Assembly: GCA_963809895.1 (NCBI GenBank)
Contig: CAWELD010000003.1
Span: 736,001 to 800,000, forward strand
Direction of reading: 5' to 3'
DNA from: an uncultured Gemmatimonadales bacterium
Lineage (GTDB): Bacteria > Gemmatimonadota > Gemmatimonadetes > Longimicrobiales > Gaopeijiaceae
DNA: 64,000 nt
The notes beneath the pieces were generated by a model. The model saw nothing but the letters and a program-made list of their open reading frames with translations. It made no database searches and was not told where the DNA came from. Shown one piece after another: positions 40,596-52,506 of this stretch (position 1 is the first letter of the stretch; the number at the start of each line of letters is the position of its first letter). The position numbers were made by a program, and so were the translations under genes.

Positions 40596-42251
40596 ATGTT
40601 CAAATCGCTACGAGGACGGCTGATCACGATTCTGATCGTGTCGGTCGTGGCTGGTTGGCAACTCTACGCCAAGGGCCTGAAGCGAGGACTCGACCTCCAG
40701 GGCGGGATGCACCTGGTGCTGGAGGTGAACGACTCGCTGGGGACCATGACGGCGGCGGCGCGGGCCGATGCCATCGATCGGGTCGAGCGGGTGGTACGCA
40801 CCCGCATCGACGAGCTGGGCGTGGAGGAGCCGCTCATCCAGAAGTCGGGATCGGAGCGGCTCATCGTCGAGCTGGCCGGGATCCGGGATCAGGAACAGGC
40901 GCGCAAGGTGGTGCAGCAGGCCGCCTTCCTCGAGTTCCGGCTCGTGCGCACGGGCAACGAGATGGATCAGGCCCTCCCCCGCATCGACCGGGCCATCGTC
41001 GCGGCGCTGGGGCCCGACTCGATCCGCGCCCTGGGACGCGCGGTGGAGGCTCCCCAGACCGATGAGCTGGAGAACCTCCTCTTCGGTGGCGACAGCGCCC
41101 AGGCCGGAGACAGCGCCCAGGGTGCCGACACCACCGGGGCGGGAGCTCAGGGCGGCGCCGACTCGGTGGCGGCCCAGGATACGGCGGCCACCGAGACCAA
41201 CCTGCGGCCCTTCACCTCTCTCCTGTCCGTGGGCGATGGTGACGGCAGCTACCTGGTGGCCGCGGAGGATCAGCCCGTGGCGGACCTCTTCCTGTCCCTG
41301 CCCGAGGTGCAGCGGGCCATTCCCCGGGGCATCAACCTGGCCTGGGGGTCGGAGGTCGTCGGCAGAGGGGCGCGCAACTACAAGCGCCTCTACGTGCTCG
41401 ATTCCGAGCCCATCATGACGGGTGAGTACCTGGAAGACGCGGTGGCCGCCAGAGACCAGCAGTTCAACCAGGCCCAGGTCCGCTTTCGCCTGAACCGGGC
41501 CGGCGGCCGCATCTTCTCGCGCTTCACCGGGCAGCACGTCGGCGACTACATGGCCATCGTGCTCGACGGCGAGGTCATGAGCTCGGCGGTGATCCGCGAC
41601 CGCATCGGGAGCCAGGGGCAGATCGAGCTGCCCGGAGCGCCCATGGAGGAGGCCGCGGATCTGGCGCTGGTGCTCCGAGCCGGCGCCCTGCCGGCGCCGC
41701 TGAAGATCATGGAGGAGCGGACCGTCGGGCCCTCGCTGGGCGCCGATTCCATCGCCCAGGGTGAGCTGGCCGGGATGATCGGTCTCGCCCTGGTCGTGAT
41801 CATCATGGTGGGCTACTACCACGTGGCGGGCCTGCTCGCCATCGGCGCCCTGCTGGTCTACGTGATCCTGGTGTTGGGTGGCCTGGCGGGTGTGGGGGCG
41901 ACCCTGACCCTGCCCGGCATCGCGGGGTTGATCCTCTCGGTGGGCATGGCGGTGGACGCCAACGTCCTGATCTTCGAGCGGATCCGCGAGGAGCTGGCGG
42001 CGGGGCGCGCCACGCGCACGGCCGTGGACGAAGGCTTCGGCAATGCCCTGTCGGCCATCGTCGACGCCAACCTCACGACCCTCATCACCGCCCTGATCCT
42101 GTTCCAGTTCGGCACGGGACCGGTGCGGGGCTTCGCCGTGACGCTCTCCATCGGTATCGTGGCGTCCTTCGTTTCAGCCATCTACGTGACCCGGACCTTC
42201 TTCCTGCTCTATCTGGCAGGCAAGAAGGCCTCGGATCCCATCAGCGTCTGA
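40596..42251 (+). CDS. secD: Protein translocase subunit SecD
   Basis: GLDLQGG, RIDELGVEEP, VGPSLG, GMAVDANVLIFERIREE. Confidence 0.97.
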   Translation: MFKSLRGRLITILIVSVVAGWQLYAKGLKRGLDLQGGMHLVLEVNDSLGTMTAAARADAIDRVERVVRTRIDELGVEEPLIQKSGSERLIVELAGIRDQEQARKVVQQAAFLEFRLVRTGNEMDQALPRIDRAIVAALGPDSIRALGRAVEAPQTDELENLLFGGDSAQAGDSAQGADTTGAGAQGGADSVAAQDTAATETNLRPFTSLLSVGDGDGSYLVAAEDQPVADLFLSLPEVQRAIPRGINLAWGSEVVGRGARNYKRLYVLDSEPIMTGEYLEDAVAARDQQFNQAQVRFRLNRAGGRIFSRFTGQHVGDYMAIVLDGEVMSSAVIRDRIGSQGQIELPGAPMEEAADLALVLRAGALPAPLKIMEERTVGPSLGADSIAQGELAGMIGLALVVIIMVGYYHVAGLLAIGALLVYVILVLGGLAGVGATLTLPGIAGLILSVGMAVDANVLIFERIREELAAGRATRTAVDEGFGNALSAIVDANLTTLITALILFQFGTGPVRGFAVTLSIGIVASFVSAIYVTRTFFLLYLAGKKASDPISV

Positions 42252-42258
42252 GCCGGCC

Positions 42259-43212
42259 ATGCGACTTTTCGCGCACGCGAACTACAAGTTCATCGAGAAG
42301 CGGAAGACGGCCTACGTCCTCTCCGCGACGGCCATCCTGTTGGGGATCGGGGCCATGATCTTCAACGTGGTGACCGCCGGCTCCTGGCTGAACTACGGGG
42401 TGGACTTCACCGGCGGCTCGCTGGTGCAGGTGCACTTCCAGCAGGAGGTGACCGTGGGCCAGGTCCGTGACGCCCTGGGCGGGGTGGAAGGGCCCGAGGT
42501 CACGCGCTTCGCCGGCGTGAACGAATACGTCATCCGCGCGCCCCTCGAAGAGGGCGTCAACGTGGACGCCGTGCGTGCCGAGATCGAGGGCGAGCTCGGT
42601 CAGGCCTTCGGTCCCGGAACCTTCGAGATCTCCCGGACCGAGCTGGTGGGTCCCAAGATCGGGAGTGAGCTGCAGCAGAAGGCCGGCCTGGCCATCCTGT
42701 TCAGCTTCCTTCTCACGCTGATCTACCTGGCCATCCGCTTCGAGATGAGGTTCGGGATGGCCGCGGTGGTGGCCACCGTCCACGACATCCTCATCACCCT
42801 GGGCTTTCTGGCGGCATTCCGCGTGGAGATCGCCCTGCCCACGGTGGCCGCGATCCTCACCATCGTCGGCTATTCCCTGAACGACACCATCGTGGTCTTC
42901 GACCGCATCCGTGAGAACATGGGCAAGAAGGGAGCGCGCAAGGCGGATCAGGTGGAGCTCATCGACCGGTCCATCAACGAGACGCTGCCCCGTACGGTGC
43001 TCACCTCCGGGACCACCCTGGTGGTGCTGATCGCGCTGCTTCTGGTGGGCCCGGCGGTGATCCGGGACTTCTCCATGGTTCTGATCCTGGGAATCGTCAT
43101 CGGGACCTACTCGTCCATCTTCGTGGCCTCTCCCGCGTTGGTGGAGATCCAGAATCGCATGGGCGAATCCAAGCGGCGGGAGCGGAAGCGGTCTCGGGTC
43201 ACCACGGCCTGA
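42259..43212 (+). CDS. secF: Protein translocase subunit SecF
   Basis: GVDFTGG, GYSLNDTIVVFDRIREN, GTYSSIFVASP. Confidence 0.97.
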   Translation: MRLFAHANYKFIEKRKTAYVLSATAILLGIGAMIFNVVTAGSWLNYGVDFTGGSLVQVHFQQEVTVGQVRDALGGVEGPEVTRFAGVNEYVIRAPLEEGVNVDAVRAEIEGELGQAFGPGTFEISRTELVGPKIGSELQQKAGLAILFSFLLTLIYLAIRFEMRFGMAAVVATVHDILITLGFLAAFRVEIALPTVAAILTIVGYSLNDTIVVFDRIRENMGKKGARKADQVELIDRSINETLPRTVLTSGTTLVVLIALLLVGPAVIRDFSMVLILGIVIGTYSSIFVASPALVEIQNRMGESKRRERKRSRVTTA

Positions 43213-43239
43213 CGGCGAGACACCTGCCAGTGAGCTTTT

Positions 43240-43270
43240 CGGGGTCCGGCGTGGAGCGCGCCGGACCCCG
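43240..43270. terminator. Hairpin after secF
   Basis: CGGGGTCCGGCG...CGCCGGACCCCG 12-bp stem. Confidence 0.5.
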
Positions 43271-43306
43271 TCTCATGTGATCGCACCATCCGACAGACGT
43301 CCAGCC

Positions 43307-44074
43307 ATGGCCTTCGACAGTCACTGCCACCTCACCGACGAAGCCTTCGCCTCGGACCAGGTCGACGTGGTGGAGCGGGCGCGCCGCGCCGGCGTCGACC
43401 GGATGGTGGCCATCGCCTCGGACGCCGAGGACGCCGCGCGCGCCCTGGCCCTGGCGCGGAGCATGGAGGGCGTCTGGTGCACGGCGGGCATCCATCCCCA
43501 CGAGGCGGCTGGCGCGACGCCCGAGGCGTTGGGCCGCGTGCGCGCGCTGCTGGGTGAGCCCGAGGTGGTCGCCGTGGGCGAGTGCGGGCTGGACTTCTAC
43601 TACGACAACGCGCCCAGAGAGGCCCAGCTGCGCGCCTTCGAAGCACAGATCGAGCTGGCCGAGGAGACGGGACTCCCGTTGGTGGTCCACACCCGCGAGG
43701 CGGACGAAGACACCATGGCCCTGCTGCGCGCGCTGCCCGGCGGGGTGCGGGGCGTGCTGCACTGCTTCACCGGCGGAGACGCGCTGCTGGAGACGGCCCT
43801 GGCCTCGGACTGGTATGTGTCTTTCTCGGGCCTTGTTACATTCAAGCGCTTCGACGCCGAGCACCGTGTCCGGGCCGTTCCGGACGATCGCCTGCTGGTG
43901 GAGACCGACGCGCCGTACCTGGCGCCGGTTCCGCACCGCGGGCGGCGGAACGAGCCGGCCCTGGTCGTGGAGACCATCCGAACGGTGGCTGGCATGCGCG
44001 GCGTCGACTACGAGGTGCTGGCGAGCCTGACGGCGCGGAACGCCGAGAGGTTCTACGGCCTGGCGGACGTGTGA
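43307..44074 (+). CDS. tatD: TatD family hydrolase
   Basis: DSHCHL, GIHPH, VGECGLDFYY, VHTREA, LHCF, ETDAPY. Confidence 0.93.
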   Translation: MAFDSHCHLTDEAFASDQVDVVERARRAGVDRMVAIASDAEDAARALALARSMEGVWCTAGIHPHEAAGATPEALGRVRALLGEPEVVAVGECGLDFYYDNAPREAQLRAFEAQIELAEETGLPLVVHTREADEDTMALLRALPGGVRGVLHCFTGGDALLETALASDWYVSFSGLVTFKRFDAEHRVRAVPDDRLLVETDAPYLAPVPHRGRRNEPALVVETIRTVAGMRGVDYEVLASLTARNAERFYGLADV

Positions 44075-44154
44075 TCCGCCCGGAAAGCAGCGGCGCTCGA
44101 ATACAGCGAGACTCTTGCGCCACCACACTTGACGTCTGACGGGAGGGAGTGGCC

Positions 44155-44830
44155 ATGCGCACATTCTTCGAGTTGTTCGCTCGCTCGCCCTTCGCTCCGC
44201 TGGTCAAGCACGGGGAGAAGGTCAACGAGGTTCTGCACGAGCTTACGCCCTCTGTTCGCCGCATTCACCGGCGGCGACGTGGAGGGCGTTGAGGAGTGCC
44301 ATGAGCGTATCTCGCACCTCGAGCACCAGGCCGACGACATCAAGCAGGAGATTCGAGCCAATCTCCCGCGCTCCCTCTTCCTTCCGGTGGATCGTGGCGA
44401 CCTGCTGAAGTTCCTCAAGGAGCAGGATTCCATCGCCGACGCCGTCGAGGATGTGGCGGTCCTCATGAGCATGCGCGCCACGCCCACGCCGGAGGGGATG
44501 CAGGCTCGTGTCGATGCCCTGGTGGATCAGATCCTGGTCGCGGGCCAGACCTGGTTCGAGATCGTTCAGCTCCTGCCGGGGCTTCAGGAGTCCTCCTTCA
44601 CGGGACCGGAGGTGAAGAAGGTCCTCGACCTCATCGATCGCGTGCACTCCGAGGAGTGGGAGGCCGACCTGCGCCAGGCGGCCCTGGGCAAGGCCACCGT
44701 CAGGTACGAGGAGGAGCTGGGCGCCGTGGGAGTCCTGTTCTGGATGAGGATCGGATCGAAGCTGGGCGAGGTGGCGAACCGCGCCGAGAACGCCGGTGAT
44801 CTCCTGCGCCTGATGCTCGCGCGAAGCTGA
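44155..44830 (+). CDS. DUF47/PhoU-like phosphate transport regulator, frameshifted near 44244
   Basis: ATG 44155 gives MRTFFELFARSPFAPLVKH; continues in the next frame with LEHQADDIKQEIRANLPRSLFLPVDRGD; directly upstream of pit. Confidence 0.85.
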
Positions 44831-44861
44831 CCCTTCTCCTCGACACCTCCGAGCCTGCCTC

Positions 44862-46121
44862 ATGGAGATCCTGGTCGTCCTCGCCATCGGTACAGGCTTC
44901 TACATGGCCTGGAACATCGGTGCCAACGACGTGGCGAACGCCATGGGCACGTCGGTGGGGTCCGGGGCCCTCACCCTCAAGCGCGCGATCCTCGTGGCCG
45001 GCGTCTTCGAATTCGGGGGCGCCGTTCTGGTCGGGGGGCACGTCACGGAGACCATCCGCAAGGGGATTCTGGATCCGTTGGCGTACGCTCCCACCGGCGC
45101 CTTCGGGGCCGATGGCCCGCTGCTGCTGGCGCTGGGGATGGCGTGCGCGCTCCTGGCCGCCGCCCTCTGGCTCCAGGCCTCCACCGCGTTCGGTCTGCCG
45201 GTGTCGACGACCCACTCCATCGTCGGTGCCGTGGTGGGCTTCGGGCTGGTCTCGGTGGGTGCGGGCGGTGTCGACTGGGGCAAGCTCGGGCAGATCGTGG
45301 CCAGCTGGGTGGTATCGCCGGTGCTCGGCGGTGTGCTGGGATTCCTCACCTTCATCGTCGTGCGAAGATTGGTGCTTCACCGCGACGACCCCATCGATGC
45401 CACCGTGAAGATCGCGCCCTACATCGTGGGCGTGGTGGCCTCGATCCTGGCGCTCACCTTCGTCTACAAGGCGCTCAAGAACGTGCTGCCGGATCCCCAT
45501 CCCACCGTGGTGGGGCTCACCGTGCTCGGTGTGGGCGGCGCGAGCATTCTGGTGGCGCGGGCGGTGATCCGGCCCGACGCCGTCGCCCGCACCGGGAATC
45601 CCTTCACCTACGTGGAGTCCGTCTTCGGCAGCCTGCAGATCGTGACCGCGGCATTCGTCGCCTTCGCCCACGGCGCCAATGACGTGGCCAACGCCGTGGG
45701 CCCGCTGGCGGCGGTGGTGGGCATCGCGTCCGTGGGCTTCCGCGAGATTCCCAGCGCGATCCCGGTGCCGGTCTGGATGCTGGCCGCCGGCGGACTGGGC
45801 ATCGTCGTCGGGCTCGCCACCTGGGGCTACCGCGTCATCGCCACCATCGGCCAACACATCACGGAGCTCACGCCCACCCGCGGATTCTCAGCCGAGTTCG
45901 GCGCCGCGTGCACCGTGCTGGTGGCGAGCCGTCTGGGCCTGCCCGTGAGCACCACGCACGTGCTGGTGGGCGCCGTCATCGGTGTCGGGTTCGCCCATGG
46001 ACTCGGCGCGCTCAACCTCCGCACGCTCCGCAATATCGTCGGGTCGTGGCTGGCCACGGTGCCGGCGGCGGCGGCCGTGAGCGCCGGATTGTTCGTGGCG
46101 TTGCGCGCCTTCGTGCTCTGA
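44862..46121 (+). CDS. pit: Inorganic phosphate transporter, PiT family
   Basis: GANDVANA twice, PVSTTH twice. Confidence 0.95.
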   Translation: MEILVVLAIGTGFYMAWNIGANDVANAMGTSVGSGALTLKRAILVAGVFEFGGAVLVGGHVTETIRKGILDPLAYAPTGAFGADGPLLLALGMACALLAAALWLQASTAFGLPVSTTHSIVGAVVGFGLVSVGAGGVDWGKLGQIVASWVVSPVLGGVLGFLTFIVVRRLVLHRDDPIDATVKIAPYIVGVVASILALTFVYKALKNVLPDPHPTVVGLTVLGVGGASILVARAVIRPDAVARTGNPFTYVESVFGSLQIVTAAFVAFAHGANDVANAVGPLAAVVGIASVGFREIPSAIPVPVWMLAAGGLGIVVGLATWGYRVIATIGQHITELTPTRGFSAEFGAACTVLVASRLGLPVSTTHVLVGAVIGVGFAHGLGALNLRTLRNIVGSWLATVPAAAAVSAGLFVALRAFVL

Positions 46122-46133
46122 CCCCTACGGACC

Positions 46134-47886
46134 ATGCCCCGCAGGATCCGCATCCTCCCCGACATCGTCGCCAACCAGATCGCCGCCGGCGAGGTGGTGG
46201 AACGCCCGGCTTCGGTGGTGAAGGAGCTCGTGGAGAACGCGATGGACGCCCGGGCGACGCAGGTGGACGTCCACGTGGAGAGAGGTGGAAAGCGCAGGAT
46301 CCGCGTTTCCGACGACGGCATCGGCATGAGCAGGGAGGACGCGCTCCTGGCCCTGGATCGGCACGCGACCTCGAAGATCACCGAGGCCGAGGATCTGCGC
46401 AGCGTACGGAGCTTCGGCTTTCGAGGCGAAGCGCTCCCTTCCATCGCGGCGGTGTCGCGACTGGTCCTGGAGACCCGCGAACACGAAGACGACGTGGGCA
46501 CCGTGGTGCGGACGAACGCGGGCCGCATCCTGGGCGTCGACGACGTCGCGAGACGGCGGGGCACCACGGTGGAGGTGCAGGGGCTGTTCTTCAACGCGCC
46601 GGCCCGGGCCAAGTTCCTCCGCTCGGTCAGCACCGAGGCGCGGGCCGTCTCGGAGGTGCTCACCACCCTGGCGCTGGCCCACCCGGGCGTGGCGCTCACG
46701 CTCAGGTCCGACGACCGCACGCTCCTCGAGCTTCCGGCGTCGGGCGACGTGGCCGACAGGGTTGCCCGCATCTGGGGTGACGAGCCCGCGTCGACCTTGC
46801 TTCCGGTGTCGTTCGAGCTGTCGGGCACGGAGGTGCGTGGGCTCGCGCAGCGCCCCGATGCGGCGGCCCCGGGAACGCGGCGAGCACAGCTGTTCGTCAA
46901 CGGACGGCCCTTCCGGGATCCCGCACTGCTCCGTGCCGCCGAGCGCGGGTACCGCACGACGATTCCCGCGGGCGCCCGGCCCTGGCTGTTCATCTACGTC
47001 ACGGTGCCGGAAGGTTACGTGGACGTGAACGTGCACCCGGCCAAGGCCGAAGTGCGCTTCCGGGACCGGGGAGCCGTGGAGGAGGCCGTGGAGGCCGCCG
47101 TGCGCGCCGCCCTGGCCGGCTACGGAAGCGCGGCCACCCTCGACACCCAGCTTGCGCCGCCGAAGCTCGCGGCCCGGGAGCCCCACCTGGCCGTGCGGGA
47201 GCCTCGGGCCGAGGGTCCCTCTCCGGATCAGATGGCGTTCTTCCTGTCGGGACCCTCGTCGGCGGAGACCGGCGGTGAGGATACGGAGCCGGCGCCCATG
47301 CCGGTGGAGCGCCCGCGCCTCTATCAGCTCCACAGGACCTGGATCCTGGCCGAGGCCCGGGACGGGCTGGTGATCATCGATCAGCACTCGGCGCACGAGC
47401 GCGTGCTCTTCGAACGGCTCATGCGGGCCTACGCCGAGGGCGGCGAGAACGCACAGCGCCTCCTCTTTCCCCTCACCCTTCGGCTCACTCCCGAGGAGCT
47501 GGCGGAAGTCACCGAGGTCCGGGGACTCCTGGAAAGGGCGGGCTTCGAGGTGGAGATCTTCGGAAGCGACACGGTCATCGTGCACGCGGTCCCCAATCCC
47601 CACCCCTGGTTCGATGCCGAGCGCTGCCTGCGCGAGATGGTGGCCGAGCTCACCAAGGGTGCGTCGGACCTCATGCGCTCGGCCCGGAACCAGCACGAAC
47701 GCATTGCCATGACCTTTGCCTGCAAGGGCGCCATCAAGGCGGGACAGGCGCTGAGCGACGGAGGAGATGCAGGAGCTCTTCGACGCGCTCTTCGCCACCG
47801 AGCTTCCCTGGCACGACGTGCACGGCCGCCCCACGGTGGTGCGCCTGTCCAAGGCGGAGCTGGAGCGGAAGTTCCGCCGTGGCTGA
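46134..47886 (+). CDS. mutL: DNA mismatch repair endonuclease MutL, frameshifted near 47760
   Basis: NQIAAGEVVERPASVVKELVEN, GFRGEAL, DVNVHPAK, DQHSAHER; the tail EMQELFDALF..HGRPT is in the next frame, stop at 47884-47886. Confidence 0.93.
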
Positions 47887-48874
47887 CGAGCAGCCGGCAC
47901 CGGCCTCGGCTCCCCGGCCCCGCGCGCTGGCTCTCACGGGCCCCACCACCTCGGGCAAGACCGAACTCTCCATCCTGCTGGCGCGTCGGCTGCAGGCGGA
48001 GATCGTCTCCATGGACTCCCGCCAGGTCTATCGGGGCATGGACATCGGCACCGACAAGGTGCCCGCCGACGAGCGCGCCGGGATTCCCCACTTCGGCCTC
48101 GATCTGGTGGATCCGGACGAGCCGTACTCCGCCGGGCGCTTCGCCCGCGACGTTCGACGCTGGATTCCCGACATCGAGGGACGTGGGCACGTGCCGCTGC
48201 TCGTGGGAGGGACCGGGTTCTTCCTGCGGGCCGTTCTGGAGCCCATCTTCCGTGAGCCCCCCATGGACGTCGAGCGCAGACGTCGGTTGCGGGCCGTCCT
48301 GGACGGGATGGATCGGGGGGTGCTGGAGCATTGGGCACGGCGACTGGATCCCCGCCGGGCGGCGGTGGCGGCCCAGGGCGGGCCGCAGCGCCTTTCCCGT
48401 ACCCTCGAGGTGGCGCTCCTCACCGGACGTCCCCTCACGTGGTGGCACCGGGAGGCCCCGGCGGACGGGCCGGCGATTCCCTGTCTGGTGGTGGTGCAGG
48501 AGCTTCCCCGGGAGGAGCTCGACCGCCGCATCGACGCGCGTGTCTCCCGCATGGTGGACCGTGGCCTGGTCGACGAGGTACGCTCCCTGGCGGAGGCCGG
48601 CTACGGGCCCGACGATCCGGGCATGACCGGTACGGGATATCGAGAGGTGCACGCCTACCTGAGGGGGGAGATGACGCTGGACCAGGCCCTGGACGAGATG
48701 CGCCAGCAGACGCGGCGGTACGCCCGTCGCCAGCTCACGTGGTTCCGGAACCAGCTTCCGCCTGACGCCCTGCGGCTCGACGCTCGGCTTCCGGCAGAGG
48801 AGCGGGCCCGGAGGATCACCGACGCCTGGCGCCGGGCACGACACGACAGCGGAGGAGGGGAGGGGAGTCCATGA
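47879..48874 (+). CDS. miaA: tRNA dimethylallyltransferase
   Basis: GPTTSGKT, DSRQVYRGMDIGT, VGGTG, TRRYARRQLTWFR. Confidence 0.96.
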   Translation: MADEQPAPASAPRPRALALTGPTTSGKTELSILLARRLQAEIVSMDSRQVYRGMDIGTDKVPADERAGIPHFGLDLVDPDEPYSAGRFARDVRRWIPDIEGRGHVPLLVGGTGFFLRAVLEPIFREPPMDVERRRRLRAVLDGMDRGVLEHWARRLDPRRAAVAAQGGPQRLSRTLEVALLTGRPLTWWHREAPADGPAIPCLVVVQELPREELDRRIDARVSRMVDRGLVDEVRSLAEAGYGPDDPGMTGTGYREVHAYLRGEMTLDQALDEMRQQTRRYARRQLTWFRNQLPPDALRLDARLPAEERARRITDAWRRARHDSGGGEGSP

Positions 48875-50004
48875 AGATCGGCATCACCTGCTATCCCACG
48901 TACGGTGGCTCGGGCGCCGTGGCCACGGAGCTCGGAATCAACCTGGCTGAGCGGGGCCATGAGGTCCATTTCGTCTCGTACGCCCAACCCTTCCGCCTCG
49001 ATCGCTTCCGGGAGCGGGTGTTCTTCCACGAGGTGGAGATGGAGCAGTACCCCCTCTTCGAGCACCCACCGTATTCGCTGGCGCTCGCCGTGGCCATCCA
49101 CGCTACGGCGCAGAAGGAGGAGCTGGACCTGGTTCACGTCCACTACGCCATCCCCCACGCCACTTCGGCGTGGATCGCCCGGGAGATGCTCGAGGAGCGG
49201 AGTCTCCCGGTGGTGACGACGCTGCACGGGACCGACATCACGCTGCTGGGCGTCCATCCGTCCTTCCATGCCATCACGCGCTTCTCCATCGAGCGCTCTC
49301 AGGGGCTGACGGCCGTGTCGCAGTTTCTCGCCCACGAGACGGAGCGGGATTTCGGGATCGCCCCCGGACGCATCGAGGTGATCCCGAATTTCATCGATCC
49401 CCGGATCTACCACCCGGGCAAGGAGCCCTGCCACCGGGCCACGCTGGCGCCGGAGGGCGACAAGATCCTCATGCACGTCTCCAATTTCCGCAGCGTGAAG
49501 CGGGTGCCCGACTGCGTCGACGTCCTGGCGCGCGTTCGCGAGGAGATGCCGGCCCGGTTGGTGCTGGTGGGAGACGGACCCGAGCGCCCGCGGGTAATGG
49601 AGCGGGCCGACGAGCTGGGCGTGCTGGACCACGTGCTCTTTCTCGGAAAACACGCGTCCGTGGACGAGCTCCTGGCGTGCGCCGACCTGTTCCTGCTGCC
49701 CTCGGAGTCGGAATCGTTCGGCCTGGCCGCGCTGGAGGCCATGGCCTGTGGAGCTCCGGTGGTGGCCTCCCGGGTGGGCGGGCTCTCCGAGGTCGTGCCC
49801 GACGGCGAGGCGGGCTTCCTGTTGCCCCTCGGTGACGTGCAGGGGATGGCCGAAGCCGCGCTTTCGCTCCTCCGCGACGACGCTCGCTGGAAGCGCTTCA
49901 GCGAACGGGGCCGCGCCTGGGCCGTGGAACAGTTCGCCGCGGACAAGGTCGTGCCCCTCTACGAGGCGTATTACCAGCGGGTGCTGGCAGAGGGCGGCCG
50001 GTGA
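48871..50004 (+). CDS. bshA: N-acetyl-alpha-D-glucosaminyl L-malate synthase
   Basis: MKIGITCYPTYGGSG, HVHYAIPHA, TTLHGTDIT, HVSNFR..KR, ESFGL. Confidence 0.92.
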   Translation: MKIGITCYPTYGGSGAVATELGINLAERGHEVHFVSYAQPFRLDRFRERVFFHEVEMEQYPLFEHPPYSLALAVAIHATAQKEELDLVHVHYAIPHATSAWIAREMLEERSLPVVTTLHGTDITLLGVHPSFHAITRFSIERSQGLTAVSQFLAHETERDFGIAPGRIEVIPNFIDPRIYHPGKEPCHRATLAPEGDKILMHVSNFRSVKRVPDCVDVLARVREEMPARLVLVGDGPERPRVMERADELGVLDHVLFLGKHASVDELLACADLFLLPSESESFGLAALEAMACGAPVVASRVGGLSEVVPDGEAGFLLPLGDVQGMAEAALSLLRDDARWKRFSERGRAWAVEQFAADKVVPLYEAYYQRVLAEGGR

Positions 50005-50789
50005 CCTGGTGGGACGCGCTGATCCTGGGGTTCGTCCAGGGCGCGACCGAGTTCCTGCCCGTCTCGAGCTCGGGGCACCTGGTGGTGGCGCAGGAGCTCC
50101 TGCACGTCTCCGTGCAGGGTGTGCTCTTCGAGGTCACCGTGCACGTGGCGACGCTGATCTCCATCGCCGTGGTGTACCGCGCGCGGATCTTCCGGCTGGC
50201 CGCCGGCGCGCTGCGGGGGGAGGGGAGCGCCTGGCGGGACGTGGGGCTCCTGGTGCTGGCGACCCTTCCGGCCGCCATCCTGGGCGTGGCCTTCGAGGCG
50301 CCGCTGGAGGCCCTTTTCGACAACCCCTGGATCCCCGGAGTGGGCTTTCTCCTGACGGGCGGCCTGCTGTGGTCCTCCCGGGCGGCGCTGCGCCGGGATC
50401 CGCAACGAACGCCGGGCGCCCGCGATGCGCTCCTGATCGGGCTGGCTCAGGCACTGGCGCTGGTGCCGGGGGTGTCGCGCTCGGGTTCCACCGTCGTCAT
50501 GGCGTTGTGGCTGGGCATCGAGGCCCGCGAGGCGGCGGCCTTCTCGTTCCTCATGGCGCTGCCGGCCATCACCGGTGCCGCCGTCCTGCAGATTCCCGCG
50601 CTCCTGTCCGGACCGCCGCCGATTCCCGCCTGGATCCTGCTCCTGGGAGGGCTGGCGGCGGCGGTGACCGGCGTGTTCGCCATCCGTGCTTTTCTCCTCC
50701 TGCTGCGCAAGCGCAGCTTCCATCAGTTCGCGCTGTATGTCTGGATCCTGGGCGTGGGCTACCTTCTATGGCTGGCCCTGACGCTCTGA
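50001..50789 (+). CDS. uppP: Undecaprenyl-diphosphate phosphatase
   Basis: QGATEFLPVSSSGH, PGVSRSGST. Confidence 0.95.
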   Translation: MTWWDALILGFVQGATEFLPVSSSGHLVVAQELLHVSVQGVLFEVTVHVATLISIAVVYRARIFRLAAGALRGEGSAWRDVGLLVLATLPAAILGVAFEAPLEALFDNPWIPGVGFLLTGGLLWSSRAALRRDPQRTPGARDALLIGLAQALALVPGVSRSGSTVVMALWLGIEAREAAAFSFLMALPAITGAAVLQIPALLSGPPPIPAWILLLGGLAAAVTGVFAIRAFLLLLRKRSFHQFALYVWILGVGYLLWLALTL

Positions 50790-50823
50790 TTCCCGTCCAC
50801 GCCGCATCTCTCCCGAGGCCCTC

Positions 50824-51686
<863 letters not shown>

Positions 51687-51690
<4 letters not shown>

Positions 51691-52466
51691 CGGAGCTGCG
51701 GGGCCACTGGGAGGGGGAGCCGGTCCGGGTGTGGGAGGAGGTCTGGGGGATTCCGCGCCTGGAGGCGTGGGGTCGGCTGGCCTCGACCAACGATCGGGCC
51801 CGGGAGCTGGTCCGGGAGGGCGCCCCGAGCTGGACCGTCGTCGTCGCCGAGGCTCAGACCGCCGGGCGGGGTCGCGCGGGTCGGAGCTGGATCTCGCCGC
51901 CGGAGGTGGGTCTGTTCGTGTCGTTCCTCGTCCGTCCCAGGGGCGCGGGCCAGGCGACCCTGACCCCGTTGCTCGTGGGGATGGCGTTGGCGCGAGCCGT
52001 GGAGGAGGTCGCGGGCGTGGAGGTCCAGGTGAAATGGCCCAACGATGCGCTCATCGAGGGCCGCAAGGTGGCGGGCATCCTCTGTGAGCGCGTGGGTGAC
52101 CGCCTGGTGGTGGGAGTGGGCGTGAACGTGCGTCGCTGGCCCGGCGGTGTGCCCCCCGAGCTCTCCGGCAGCGCCACGACCCTCGAAGACGCGGCCGGAG
52201 AATCCGTGTCACGCTCGGCGCTGGCGGGGGCCCTGCTGCGCGAGGCCAGGAGGCTGCTCGACGCTCCGGTCCTGCGGCTGGAAGGTGCCCTCGCCGACGA
52301 GCTCGCGGCCCGTGACGTACTCCGCGGGCGCCGCCTGGCCGTGGGATCGATGCGAGGCGAGGGCGCCGGGATCGCTCCCGACGGGCGGCTGCGCGTGCGC
52401 ACCGTAGACGGTACCATCAAGCCCGTGCTCGCCGGGCACGTGGAGATGGAGCGCGTCGGAGCCTGA
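51687..52466 (+). CDS. birA: Biotin--acetyl-CoA-carboxylase ligase (no HTH)
   Basis: STN, QTAGRGRAGRSW, KWPND, KVAGIL. Confidence 0.92.
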
Positions 52467-52506
52467 GCTTCGGCGCTGGGACCGACGCCCCGAACCGGGA
52501 GGCAGG

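Noticed and set aside
46134..48626. Apparent 830-aa MutL running across miaA
   Set aside because: Caused by the extra G near 47760; the true C-terminus is in the next frame and ends at 47886
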